From Octopus vulgaris (taxonomy: Eukaryota): a stretch of 64,000 nt of DNA. The stretch is from contig OX597830.1 in NCBI GenBank assembly GCA_951406725.2, positions 6,324,001 through 6,388,000 of the forward strand. Reading direction: 5' to 3'. Under the pieces are notes generated by a model that ran no database searches, was not told the origin of the DNA, and was given only the letters and a program-made list of their open reading frames with translations. Position 1 is the stretch's first letter. Each line of letters starts with the position of its first letter. This document shows positions 44,390 through 58,049 of this stretch, in pieces. Position numbers and translations under genes: made by a program.

Positions 44390-44567
44390 ATATGTTTGTG
44401 TGTCTGTGTTTCCTTCCCTGTAACGTAGCGGTCCGGCAAAAGAGACCGATAGAATAAGTACTAGGCTAACAAAGAATAAGTCCTGGGGTCGATTTGCTCG
44501 ACTAAATGCCGCAGTCAAATGGCCGCAGTCAAATGACTGAAACAAGTATAAGTAAAAGACTAAAGAG
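44203..44567 (+). mobile_element. SINE family A
   Basis: gcgcaggagtggctgtgtggtaa...ccctcgggccgaccaaagccttgtgagtggatttggtag...ggccgcagtcaaatgactgaaacaag. Confidence 0.85.
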
Positions 44568-44659
44568 TGCGATGGTAGAATCGTCAAACAAAATGGTGAG
44601 CATTATTTGATATGGATCTTTATTTTCTGTATTCATATCTCGCCGAGGTCCACTTTACC

Positions 44660-45029
44660 TGGTTCTTATTTTATCGACCCCGAAACAATAGAAGGTAAAG
44701 TCGATCGATGCGGCTTTTGAAATCAGAATGTAAAAACAGGCGAAATGCCGCTAAGTATTTCACCCGGTGTGCCAAAGATTCTGCCACCTCCAGGACTTAA
44801 CAAACAACAACAACAATAATAACAATGGTTTCAGATTTTGCCACAAGGGCAGCAGTTTTGCGGAGGAGGAGATGAGTTGATTACATCGACTCCAGTGTTC
44901 AACTGCTACATATTACCTCGATCTCGAAAGGATGAAAGGCAAAGTCGACCTCGCCGGAATTTGAACGGCAGACGAAATACCGCAAAGCATTTCGCCCGGC
45001 GTGCTACCAATTCTGCCTGCTCGCCACCT

Positions 45030-45030
<1 letters not shown>
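44660..45030 (-). mobile_element. Two tandem SINE family B copies (~44660-44800 and ~44826-45030)
   Basis: ttttatcgaccccgaa...aaagtcga and gatgaaaggcaaagtcgacctcgccggaatttgaac...gcatttcgcccggcgtgcta...ctcgccacctt. Confidence 0.7.
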
Positions 45031-45124
<94 letters not shown>

Positions 45125-45139
45125 TCACCATTGTTGTTA

Positions 45140-45900
45140 GTGATTTTTAATGATACCCATCACACAGATACTACGGAAAGTGACATCGGGGTAAACCTTG
45201 AAAAGTGGAGGAAAAATTGAATCATCTGTTATTTATGGATGACTTAAAATTGCTTGGAAAGACCGGGCGTGAAATAAATGGCCGAGTTTCATCCGTGCAG
45301 ATCTTCAGATATAAGGATATTGAAATGGAATTTGGGACTAAAAAGTGTGGTATGCTTATAATACAAAGGGGCAAAGTAGTATCGTCTGATGGTATGGAAC
45401 TACCCAATGGTGAAAAAATCAAGGATTTTGAGACTAATGAATAGAGATGTTTGGGGATTTTGGAATGCGACAAAATCAAGGAATGTGAATTGAAGGAAAG
45501 CATTAGGCGAGAATATCTCTGAAGAACCAAGTGAATTATGGGAAGTAGACTGAATGGAAATAACAAAATTAGGGCAATAGGCACAAACAATGGTCGTTTC
45601 CTTAATGCGATATGGCGCAGGTGTTGTTAGGTGGAAATGGACAGGAAAGCTAGAAAAGTGATGGCAATTAACAAAGAACTGCACCCCAAAAGCGATACTG
45701 ACAGACTGGATGTGTCTAGAAAGAGTTCTTACAGTATGGAAGATCTGTGTTGTGAACGAGAAAAGCCTGGGATGGTTCATTAAACAGCAGGGTGAATCCC
45801 TGCTTGCTGCTGTTAGAATCAATAATACAATACCTATCGAAAATGTGATGCCTCCACAAACATTTAAGAAAAAAGTTGAAGGAGAAAGAGTGCATCGGAA
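45140..45900 (+). pseudogene. R4/Dong-like RT fragment (older copy) after (TAC)n(TAA)n
   Basis: EEKLNHLLFMDDLKLLGK...DIEMEFGTKKC... and ...LHPKSDTDRL... are collinear with the 18801-20252 protein. Confidence 0.75.
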
Positions 45901-46184
45901 AACTTAATTTACATAATAACATGCGCAGGGTGCAATATATTGGCCATACAAAAAACAGCCTACGAAAAAGGATGGCAGTGCATAAATCCCAAATTAGGAA
46001 TACCGAATACAGGAAAATACTTGTCAGCGGCCACAGATGTGCATCAAATAAAAATCCAAAATTCACAGCTTTCCCACTTTACCAATTCAATAACAACGTA
46101 ATTTTCATTCAACGTCATAACAAAGAACTCCATTTCATTAGAAAATTCGGACCAAGTCTAAACACCCTAGGCCAGGAACATTAA
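45901..46184 (+). pseudogene. Penelope-like GIY-YIG C-terminal relic (third family)
   Basis: NLIYIITCAGC / QYIGHTKNSLRKRMAVHKSQI...KELHFIRKFGPSLN, with one frameshift. Confidence 0.8.
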
Positions 46185-46630
46185 AACCATATATTGGTTA
46201 TCCAAAAAAGAAAAAAAGGAATTCTACAATTCCAACAACTACTAACACTGCCGCCACGATCACTACTACTACAAACAACGGGTCTCTGCTACTGCTGCTA
46301 TTACAGCCAACGGTCACTTCCACTACTACTACTACTACTACCACCACTACTACTAATACTACTACTACAAATACTACCGCTACTACTACTACTAATGCGA
46401 ATACTACTGCTACTACTACTACAGCCAATGAACTGCAGCTACAACTCCAAACACCACCACCACGGTCACTACTACTACTACTGCTATTACGACCAGCGAC
46501 CACTTTCACGATTACAGCCAACGATTCTAGTCAACACACAAGACAGCCATTATGTTACCCCCACGTGGACTCTGTTGAGATTAGTAAGAAACAATTATGA
46601 AATTTTTTATTACACTTAACTTTTTAAAAT

Positions 46631-46678
46631 ATTTTTGACAAGGTTCTTCTTTTCAAGAAGAATCGAAACATGTAAAAT
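46631..46678 (+). ncRNA. Hammerhead ribozyme motif with U3-A8 compensatory core
   Basis: ATTT-TTGACAA-GGTTCTTCT[TTTCA]AGAAGAATC-GAA-ACATGT-A-AAAT: 9-bp stem II, palindromic stem III, 4-bp stem I. It lies ~450 bp 3' of a Penelope GIY-YIG stop. Confidence 0.7.
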
Positions 46679-46689
46679 CTAAAATCTCT

Positions 46690-46769
46690 AAGGTGCCACG
46701 CATTGGGACTGAACCCGGAACCATGTCGTTGGCAAGCAAGCTACTTACCACACAGCCACTCCTGCGCAC

Positions 46770-46770
<1 letters not shown>
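46690..46770 (-). mobile_element. SINE family A head fragment
   Basis: aggtgccacgcattgggactgaacccggaaccatg...cttaccacacagccactcctgcgc. Confidence 0.75.
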
Positions 46771-46843
<73 letters not shown>

Positions 46844-46857
46844 CTAATGGCCTATAG

Positions 46858-47215
46858 ACGCAGATGTGGCTGTGTGGTAAGAAGCTTACTTCCCAACTAC
46901 AAGATTCCGGGCTCAGTCCTACTGCGTGGTACTTTGGGCAAGTGCCTTCTATAATAGCCTCGGACCGACCAATGCCTTGTGAGATGATTTGGTAGACGGA
47001 AACTCAAAGAAGCTCCTCACATAAACATATATGTATATGTTTGTGTGTTTATGTTAGCATGCTTACGTCCCCATTACTTAGCAGTTCGGCATAAGTGACC
47101 GATAGAATAAGTACTGGGCTTACAAAGAACACGTCCTGGAAGTCGATTTGTTCGACTAAAAGTGGTGCTCCAGCATGGCCGCAGTTAAATGACAGAAACA
47201 AGTGATAGAATAAAT
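46858..47215 (+). mobile_element. SINE family A
   Basis: gtggctgtgtggtaagaagctt...ttgggcaagtgccttctataatagcctcgg...ggtgctccagcatggccgcagtt. Confidence 0.8.
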
Positions 47216-47299
47216 GAAAAGAACACACACACACACACACACGCGCACACACACGCACACACAATGAGAGACATCCTATAACAGTACTCTGGAGTAAAG

Positions 47300-47445
47300 A
47301 TTATTTGCCAGTATGACATGGCAGTCCTGGTTTAGGACGAATGCTACTGTTGTTTAGTCGCAGGAACAGCGTCGATATTTCCTGTGGCTAAATAACAGTA
47401 ACATTTGTCCTAAACCAGGACTGCCACGTTATATTGGCAAATAAT
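47300..47445. repeat. Hairpin with 67-bp arms and 12-nt loop
   Basis: attatttgccagtatgacatggcagtcctggtttaggac...caggaa / ttcctg...gtcctaaaccaggactgccacgttatattggcaaataat. Confidence 0.92.
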
Positions 47446-47478
47446 ATATATGTATATCTATCTATCTATCTCTCTCTC

Positions 47479-47510
<32 letters not shown>

Positions 47511-47587
47511 AGAGTGTGTATAGAGAGAGAGAGAGATAAATATATATATGTATATCTAAATATATGTATGTATGTATACACACACAA

Positions 47588-47622
<35 letters not shown>

Positions 47623-48689
47623 TATATATATATACAGAAGAGTGGGAAGGGAGAGAAAGAGAGAGAACAAATGAAAAGTGTAAGTTCTTTTCAAATGACA
47701 TTGATAGTTTGTTTATGAGTTTTGAAATTTTATTTCTCTGCTTTGATCCATGGTTTTTAGGTTCGATGAACTTCCACATACCCGACTACGATTCTTCAAC
47801 ATTTCCTATTGTCGCTGCTTATATTCTTAGAATACATTGCAATACTTCATTGCATTCCTAGAATCCGAATTCACGTAGCGAGAATATTTTGAATTTAGAT
47901 TATACAATTCTTGTATTAACGTGTGTACGGTCTATCATATTTTTCACAAAGCAGGGAACCCCTCGACTTGCTAGAAATAATAACTAAATTCTTGTAAATC
48001 GGTCATCGTTGTCAAAATATAAAAATATAACAGATTTTAGCCTGGCTGGCATGCGACTAAACGTCCACAATATAACATTGTTGTTCATCTCGGATAGTGA
48101 AGCGTTTAGACTTGTTGGTTGTGACGGTGAAACATCGAGTTATAATGAAATATTGCAGTATTTGAATTCATTTTGCAGGTTTTGATTTCTAATCGTCATC
48201 GAGAAGAATCTAGTTTGTCTTCTAATTTTTTTTCCCGGTATGGATAAATAAATACGAATATAATACAACGACAGTATCAGACAAATATACCCGAATATTA
48301 CAGCACACACACACATATACGCGCGCCACGCACATACACACACATTCACACACTCAAACTTACAATAAAATTCAATATTTGCAAGTTACTAACTTCATAC
48401 ATCGTTCTTTAAAAAAATTCAATTTTTAATAAAAATTATTCAAGCAAAATTATTGAGGTAGAAATGCCAATAATATGAATATTAATTTTATCAAAATTCA
48501 CATAATTTTATTTAATATCGAATCTGCAAGTCATATTAATTTGATTTTTAAAATTATATTAGTTTTTTATTGAAGCAGTAAGTCAATGTGGGAAATAAGA
48601 ACGAGTATAATCATTAGTATTGGTATCAGCATATTACTGGTATTAAACGCCTGTGAAATGGAAAGTTAATTGACAACATAATACTCGGG

Positions 48690-48960
48690 AAACTGTGGAT
48701 AGAATAAATGCAGGGCAACACCTATGCTAGCAGTAAAGGTTACGTATAGAAATTTGGACATCACAGAAATGATTAGAAGAATCAGGAAGTGCATCTTGGA
48801 GGCTGCAGAGAAAGCATTTGGATGGCTCTAGGTAAAACGTGATGTGGAATAGGGTCAATAAAATACCACGTGAGCACGGACCAAGGCTTGATCAACTTTG
48901 GCCGGGTCACCCAGAAAAGGTTAGCTAATTTTGTAAATCCCAAACATCCAGTGACTACAA
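48690..48960 (+). pseudogene. HERO/R2-group LINE 3' end remnant
   Basis: Decayed ...RRIRKCILEAAEKAFGWL*VKR resembles the 'EAAExASxWLW' terminus, followed by a UTR-like tgatcaactttggccgggtcacc. Confidence 0.45.
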
Positions 48961-48962
48961 AA

Positions 48963-49300
48963 TCTCTCTATATATAAAGCTGAAGTTGCAACTAACACTA
49001 TCTCCTCTGAGACCCTGTAGCGCAAGTTGACCAAAATTGAGAGTATGATAGAAGTCTTGCCCTTCCTTCCGTAGAAGAAAAATTCAAATCGGACCATGTT
49101 AACACCAAAAATTTTCTATGAAAATCCCTATTTTTTACGATTTTTGGACTGCTGTGTCGCCATTTTTCGGTGTATTTCAACCAGAAAAATGTTCAATTAA
49201 AGAGAATAACAAGCTACATAATGCAAAATTTTTTACTTTTGAAAAATTCCAATTCTAAAGGGTCAAAACAAACCCGAGCAACGCCGGGCAATACCCCTAG
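48963..49300 (+). mobile_element. Non-autonomous Helitron
   Basis: 5' A|TCTCTCTATATATAAAGCTGAAG, subterminal GC hairpin CCCGAGCAACGCCGGG, 3' CTAG|T, no TSD. Confidence 0.8.
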
Positions 49301-49739
49301 TACAAAGCTAATGATGAGTCCCGGTAAAGTATTTGCAAATGTATGGAAAAGTAGATAAAACAGAGATACGCTTCGAATAAAAACTTTCTTTTTTTTCAGT
49401 TTCCCTCTTTCTCTCTTGCACTTTTAGCATTCTCTCCTCCCAGGATACAGTTAGGAAATAGGAATGAAATGACGTCAGAAACTAAGATGATATCGGGTTT
49501 CAAATAGATTAGGTGATTTATGATGGAAATTTCAGCTGCCTCTCGTCATCCAGGAAAATAATGCGTCAGATGCGTCTTAACTGGGCCTTTCCTTCAGCCT
49601 CCCTCCCTCCATCATCTTCCTGGTTGCAGATAGAGATTTCTGCAGTCAATGGTCTCGATGCTGATTGTTTCGATAGCCTTCAGGACTTGATCACGACTCT
49701 AACAATGTATCCCTGGTTCGATTGTTAGAGCAGCTCATT

Positions 49740-50155
<416 letters not shown>

Positions 50156-50199
50156 GGTCTTGTGTTTTACTTTAACTGCAGATTAGCCTTATATGTATG

Positions 50200-50625
50200 T
50201 ATGTTGTTCAAATGCCGGACGCAGAACTCTCCAAGAGACCGTTTTACAGCGAACTGGCGGAAGGTAAGTTCACACAATTGGGCAGAAAAAGGGCTCAAGA
50301 AAACACTCAAAGCCTCACTAAAAAGCTTTGAGATTAACTAGATTACCTGAAAAGGCAAGCGCAAGTGCACTCTGTCAACTAAAGCTGCACCAACAGAGGA
50401 ACCACCTCTTACGAACAGAACAGAATTGCTGATACACTCCTCAAGCCAACCACGCAAGCTCAGATCGAAATTTTCGCCTTCCGTCTCAGCTGCCCACCAG
50501 TGCCTGACCTGCAGTAGAACCTTCTGAGTACGCATCGGACTGATTGGCTACAGCCGGACACACATTACCTCGACTTTTCCTCCCAAGGGATATCCTTGGT
50601 CATGGTGGACAAGATGGACGAACTA
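50200..50625 (+). pseudogene. RTE-clade LINE 3' remnant with C2H2-like finger
   Basis: KKTLKASLKSFEIN ... CLTCSRTF*VRIGLIGYSRTH. Confidence 0.6.
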
Positions 50626-51030
50626 ATATCAACCAATGTCTCTATGTGCGTATCTATGGGCCTATGTCTCTAAATATGATACAGATATCAACATAAACAC
50701 ATTTACATTCGTAGATGAAAGACTACTGACTCGTGAGACCTTCGTGCCGAACTGCTTTCAGCCATTGTACCAATAAACTTACCAATTTAAACAATTTTGT
50801 GTGTATATTCAGCGATATATGTATATACATGCTTTCATGCACGTAGTCATACATTCATACATAACTGCACACACATAGGCATATAGCTGTGTATAAACCG
50901 ACAAACACACACACACAAACACACACATATGTATTTATACACAGCCATATACATACGTATGTATGTGTATGTATATATATATGTGTGTGTGTGTGCGTGC
51001 GTGTGTATGCGTATACATATTTATTTATAC

Positions 51031-51073
<43 letters not shown>

Positions 51074-51244
51074 AAGTATATATATACATAACTATATATA
51101 TGTATATAGATATATATACATCAATAACTATATACATATATATATAAGTATATATATATATATATACTTATAAATATGTGTATATATATATATATATTTA
51201 CACACACATATATGTAATGTATATTTATGAGTATATATATATTA

Positions 51245-51314
<70 letters not shown>

Positions 51315-51819
51315 ATATATACATGTATATATACACGTGTCTAGATAGATAGATAAATAGATAGATATCTCGCAATGGGGCGGATTAAATTCTCTTTTTA
51401 TGGTCCCAATTATGGAATTCTGAAAATAAAAACCATTTCTACATTCATTTTTTCCATAGCATAGTGGGCCATTGTGTCGTTAATAATCCTATTTCAAGCT
51501 GGTGGGTCACGTTATATTTTATATTACTTCATAATATTATTTTCACATTTGAATATAATATCATTTGACACGTGATATCATATTCCCTGTTATCAATCAC
51601 GCTTTTATTCGTATCTGGAACGTTGCTATATTGTTCTTCTTTGTCTCGTTATAATCCCCTCTTAATCTATCCGCACCCCACTACCCACCCCTCATTCACC
51701 CTCTCTCTCTTTTTCTCTTTATGTACATCCCTAACTCATCTTCATTTTCATATTCCCAACACCTACAATTGCACAATGAAGGGATAACCAATATGCATAC
51801 ACATATATATATATGTGTG

Positions 51820-51887
<68 letters not shown>

Positions 51888-51893
51888 TGTATG

Positions 51894-51924
<31 letters not shown>

Positions 51925-52938
51925 ATATATATATACATAAATATATGTATATATATATATATATACATAATGTACGCCTAGAAACACACGCAATCTCAAA
52001 GATATGAATTTCTGGGTTACTTCAATCACAGAGAGATGCGTTTAACCATATATGACATGAATATACTATATGAATAGACTTACTGATGTACAAACATTCT
52101 ATAGTACTGTTGTACTATTTCATATATCTGCACAAACAATTCAAGAGATTGAATGGTCTCCATATAATGAGTGTCGGTTCCCCTACGGTAAGATTTTATC
52201 ACAACCCACCCTTCGGTCTAACGTCCTTAAGAATTGATTTACTTCAAGTTGCATTTATAAACAAACCGCTCGCTGCGCCTTCCATCCACTCGTGAACTGG
52301 TCGAAGAAAATATGATGCGATGACGTTTATTGTTGTCGTCGGTGTCATTGTTGCTGTTCCTGTTTTTATCTTTTATTTTATGTCCAACCTTAATAAAAAG
52401 TATGATGTGGCCAAACATAGACCTATATACAGTCTCTGGAATTGCTAGATATAACAGCCAAATTTATTTCAACTTACCATATTTAAACATTACAAGCTAT
52501 AATACCTATGGCTGGAACTCCTTTGTCAATAAGAAGTGACCAAGGACAAACCAAAACAAACAGTCGTAATGACTGGGTTGCTCACATCCAATAACTTGAG
52601 TGGATGATATTGCTTTTAGTTGTTGGCACAAGGCAAGTGATTTATGTATACGTGCATACACACCCACCCACACACATACAAAAAATGTCTAATCTTTCTC
52701 TGATGAGGTGTTATCAAGACTAGAAAACCAGAACATCGACCTTTCAAATCCAGCCAACTCACTCGTGTAACAATGATATTTACCTTTGACAAGAACACTC
52801 CGATATCTTGTTAATTAAAAGCAAACACACACGCATATATGTATGTGTGTGTGCTTGTATGTGTGTGTGTGTGTATGTGTGTGTGTGTGTGTGTGTGTAT
52901 GCACGTATACATAAATATATGTATACATAAACGTGTGT

Positions 52939-53006
<68 letters not shown>

Positions 53007-53266
53007 GTATGTATGAAATGCGTATTTTCGTATATGTATGAGTGTATATATCGATTTTTCTATCGTTCCGAGTATACACTCATTACCCTGTACATACTGA
53101 TAACTCGTTGAAAAACTTCACAGAAATATATACCACATTATACATTCATTTTCCCATAAGCTCCTATATCATTTCTTCAATCTCATACATAAATGAATAA
53201 CAATATATATGCGTGTTTGTGTGTGTGTGTTGTGTGTGTGTGTGTGTGCATATATACATATATGTG

Positions 53267-53297
<31 letters not shown>

Positions 53298-54138
53298 GGA
53301 TGTGATTTGTGTTGCTCTTTTTGTATAATTTTTGTGAATTGTGTGTATGGGCATGGATGGATAGTTTTTCTTTGTGTATACCTGTATACATGTGTATGCG
53401 CACGTGTTTTTATGGGGTGTGTCTGTTACGTGCAATACGAGTGTAAAATACAACCGATGTTGATGGCGCGATATTTGTGTGTGTATGTGTGTATGCATGT
53501 GTATGTATGTGTGTGTGTCTGTGTGTGCGTGATAAAATATGTGGTGTATATTTATGTCTATGTTTGTGTGTATGAATGTATGAGTAATTGAAAAGATACT
53601 GTATTGATTTCCAGTTCTCAATCGTGAGTTTTTGTGGTTTTCTTTTTCTGCCGAAATACTTTATCGCTTCGTCATTTCATCCATCTATTTTTTCACAATT
53701 ACCTGTTTCGATGCTTTTTCTTTCTTTAATTTCCTCGTATATTTCATTTTTATTTTTGTCGCTAATACTATTTTTTTAATGCTTTCTTTCTCTTTATAAT
53801 TATCGATTTAATTGTAAATAGAAGAGTTCATACAAGAACAGATTTCAATAAGTTTATTTGGCGTGAGAAATAAAGAATGTAACGTTTCGGTAACCAGCTC
53901 TTCGTCTTTGAGACTGAAGAAAACACAGGAAATTGGTGTTGTTGCTTCGGTTGTAAGTTAGAAACAGTTTTGTAATTCTCAATCAAAATAACCACACCTT
54001 TTTCTCTCCCTTCGTCATTCTTAAAGAGGAAGTGCTTGGTACCGAATTCCAATATTCGTAATTATCGGCATGTAACTCTTTCATGCACTCATAAATTAAT
54101 TATTGATAGTACGGGCCATGAAAAGTTTCATTGTATTT

Positions 54139-54290
54139 CAGGAGTGGGTGTGTGATAAGAATTTCAATTCGTTATCACAGGGTTCCGGTCCTACTGCGAG
54201 GTACCTTGGGTTTCTTCCACTATAGCCTCGAGCTAACCAAAGACTTGTCAATGGAATTCGTTGACAGAAACTGAAAGAAAGCCATCGTAT
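54139..54290 (+). mobile_element. SINE family A, partial
   Basis: caggagtgggtgtgtgataag...tatagcctcgagctaaccaaag...gaaactgaaagaaagcc. Confidence 0.6.
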
Positions 54291-54912
54291 GCGTGCGTGT
54301 GTGTGTTTATGTGTTTGTGTGCAATTCATTAACCAATTCTCTCCATCAAATCGACGTTGCCCGAGCAGGTGCACAGTGTCCCACGCGTCAGGTGTCGAAA
54401 GGATTGCAGAATAAAGGGCGATGAAATGTTTAGCTGAAGAACACAACGCACGACCCAGCCTCGGAATTAGAAACAAGATCTCTCAATTGGGAGTGCAATA
54501 TGAGTACCACTTGGCCATGCGTCTTCATAAATAAATAAATAATAATGATAATAATAATAATAGTAATAGTAATAATAATAATAATAATAACAACAACAAC
54601 AACAACAATAATGATAATCGTCATCATCGTCGTCATCATCATCATCATCATAATCATCATCATCCTCAAGTGAGCAAAAGTAAAGCTGGAAAGAAACAAG
54701 CCACAAGTCATTATTAATATCATACTAATGTTGAGGTATTATTGGGATTAAAATATAGGATTATAGATAATCCAGAAAGAAACGATTAAATTCAACTAGA
54801 CTGCAATTTGGAATCGAAACAGTTTTCTCTCCTAGTTGTCTTCCCCCACTTTTCTACTCTCCGGATTCTTTCCTCTATCTCTCTATCAATCATACTCACC
54901 CGCACACACGCA

Positions 54913-54950
<38 letters not shown>

Positions 54951-55071
54951 TTCGAAATTTCATATACATATATATTGGAATATATCAATGTCTACACTTT
55001 TATATATGTGATATAGAGAATAAAATAGAATAGAATGGACTGGAACAGACAGATAGATAGATAGATAGATA

Positions 55072-56049
55072 AGTGTCTTTATTGGCCACACAGGGCTGCA
55101 CACAGATGGGACAAGTTACAAGGTAGAGCTTTTCTTTTGGGGGATGAAAAAAACAAAAAACAAAAAAACAAAAGAAACAAAAAAAGGTGGCGTAGGTTTT
55201 CGATCAAAAGGGATCGTAAAAGGGAGAAAAAAGAACAAAAAAGAAAAACAGAAAAAAAAGAAGAATAGGAAAGGAACAAAAGAAAAGAGAAATGAAAAAA
55301 GAAGAAAAAAAGGGGAAAAAAGGGGAAGAGGAAAAAAAACGATCAATAGGGATCGTGTATCACAGTGTTATGATGTATGGTATAATGGGGAAAGCAAGTA
55401 AGGTTTATCCGTGGGAAGAAAAGCCTACGAAAAAGACCACGGTAACCTTGGTCAATATTGTTATATGTTACCACATTTGTTTGCAAGTGGGTAACCCTCT
55501 GTTTTCAACTTCTGGGTTCATAGGATTATGCTCAAGGTGGCTTCGTCATTCATACGTGCCATCCTTGCTGCATTCACCCATCTTTTTTTAAAACATTCGC
55601 TAGACAAAACTTGCCTCTCTACTCTCACTTTCCTTTTCAAGTGGTACTTGAAGAAGTTGATGAGAGATTGACCAGAGAGGAAAGTGTTTGTCTCCAATCC
55701 TTTCAGACGCGTCCACCAGATACATTCTTTCGCCATAGCCACAAGGATGATGAAAATAGCTCTTCCTTCCCGTTTGAAGGAAGGAGGCGTGACAATATTG
55801 ACGAGAGACTCAGCTGATAAACCGACTCGTCCCACACGTGACAGCAGTTGTTCTACATAAGCCCACAGGTCGGAAATTGTTGGACACTGCATGAGTGCGT
55901 GCAGAACGGTTTCGTCGCTCTGACCGCATCATGGGCAGGTCGGCCCCGTGTTTCTCGAGCCGTGTCTGTAGAGCTTATCCCGATCGGGTAGTGCTTCTCG
56001 GTAGCACTGCCAGGCCAGGGATCTCTGGAAGTTGTCCATGGGCCCTGAG
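55072..56049 (-). mobile_element. 5'-truncated Tx1/L1-type LINE (zinc-finger C-terminus + 3' UTR) inside (GATA)n
   Basis: Minus strand: NFQRSLAWQCYREALP.RDKL...TCP/CGQSDETVLHALMQCP...LW...AKECIWWTR...F.KRW; stop at 55518; T-rich UTR; AATAAA at 55083-55078. (GATA)n on both flanks. Confidence 0.85.
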
Positions 56050-56105
56050 GTAGATAGATTGATAGATCGATAGATAGGTAGACAGACAGATAGATAGATA
56101 GATGA

Positions 56106-56177
<72 letters not shown>

Positions 56178-56388
56178 TGTGATGAATTGATAGATAGAGA
56201 GAGAGCTGTAGATGTACACATGCCCATCACACATGCACATATACACCACACGCATACATATGTACATGGAGAAGGAATAAAAGAGACAAAGATCCATACA
56301 CTCAGGCACAAAGCACACATATACATATATACACACATACATATATACACACACATATATACACACATACATACACACACATACATAT

Positions 56389-56785
56389 AGGCGTATGAGT
56401 GGCTGTGGTAAGTAGCCTGCTTACCAACCACACGGTTCCGGGTTCAGTCCCACTGCGTGGCACCTTGGGAAGGTGTCTTCTACTATAGCCTCAGGCCCAC
56501 CAAAGCCTTGTGAGTGGATTTGGTAGACGGAAACTGGAAGAAGCCTGTCGTATATATATATATGTATATATATGTGTGTGTGTGTGTTCGTGTGTCTGTG
56601 TTTGTCCCCCCATACCGATACTGGTATGTCTAAGTCCCCGTTACTTAGCGGTTCAGCAAAAGAGACCGATAGAATAAGTACTAGGCTTACAAAGAATAAG
56701 ACCTGAGGTCGATTTGCTCGACTAAAAGGCGGTGCTCCAGCATGGCCGCAGTCAAATGACTGAAACAAGTAAAAAAGAAAAAAAG
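56389..56785 (+). mobile_element. SINE family A (well preserved)
   Basis: Full head-CORE-like body-tail match to the other family A copies. Confidence 0.88.
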
Positions 56786-57019
56786 AAATATGTGTTTGCG
56801 TGTTTACTTTCTCAGTGTAGGGGACTAAATAGACATAAAACATAAAAAGAGGGAAATAACTTGAAATGCGTTAAAATATTTAGCCACGTTGAGGGCAGTG
56901 GCTACTTATCAGACTCATCCGCGCATCAGAGGAAGCAGGTTTGGAATGATTCTCCTGGTCTTTGGAATTTGAATTGAAATTCCTGTGACATCAACTTGGC
57001 TGTTTATCATTATCTTTCG

Positions 57020-57380
57020 TGCCTTAGCCTTGGTTCTTCCCCGGGATGTCTCCAGTGATCGGGTGATTGAGCACAGTCATCTGACCTTCCTGTGAGTTAT
57101 TAACTTGCTCCATGTCTCCTTGGGTTTTACTGTCTTACTTCGGGCTTTTGGTGGTGTCCGTTGTATAGCTGTCTTGGGTGTTCCTTCTCCAGGCAGACGG
57201 AACCCATGATTTGCAAGTCGCAGTCTTGTTTCGGCACAGGTGGCGCATGTTCACTCTTTTCTAGACTTCAAAGCATGCAGTTCTGTCCCTGGAGATGCTC
57301 ATGTATATTCTGCACAGGTGCCATTGCTAGAATGCATTCAGACTTTGTGTACCGATGTCAAGTACCACTGAACAACTACG
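57020..57380 (-). pseudogene. RTE-like RT C-terminal remnant
   Basis: Minus strand: RLRLANHGFRLPGEGTPKTAIQRTPPKARSKTVKPKETW, resembling 'RLRWxGHxxR...PK.A+.W.P..R..GRPK.TW'. Confidence 0.55.
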
Positions 57381-57504
57381 ACATATGATTGACTAAAGAC
57401 TAACCCCTCTCTTCAAAATCTTATGTCCGTAACGCGAAATTAAAGACAAAAGTTAAATTCTCTTTACGCTCTCAGTTCAAATTGTACTGAGGTCGGTTCT
57501 GTCT

Positions 57505-57539
<35 letters not shown>

Positions 57540-57544
57540 CTTTC

Positions 57545-57948
57545 TCATTTTCTCTTTTTAATTGTTTCAGTCATTTTGACTGCGGCCATGCTGGAGCACC
57601 ACCTTTAATCGAGCAACTCGACCCCGGGACTTATTATTTGTAAGCCCAGTACTTATTCTATCGGTCTCTTTTGCCGAACCGCTAAGTGACGGGGACATAA
57701 ACATACCAGCATCGGTTGTCAAGCAATGCTAGGAGAACAAACACAGACACACAAACATACATGCACATACATATATATACATATATACGACGGGCTTCTT
57801 TTAGCTTCTGTCTACCAAATCCACTCACAAGGCTTTGATCGGCCCGAGGCTATAGTAGAAGACACTTGCCCAAAGTGCAACGCAATGGGACTGAACCTGG
57901 AACCATGTGGCTGGTAAACAAGCTACTTACCACACAGCCACTCCTGCG

Positions 57949-57949
<1 letters not shown>
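57545..57949 (-). mobile_element. SINE family A (well preserved)
   Basis: Reverse complement of the full family A unit. Confidence 0.88.
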
Positions 57950-58047
<98 letters not shown>

Positions 58048-58049
58048 GA

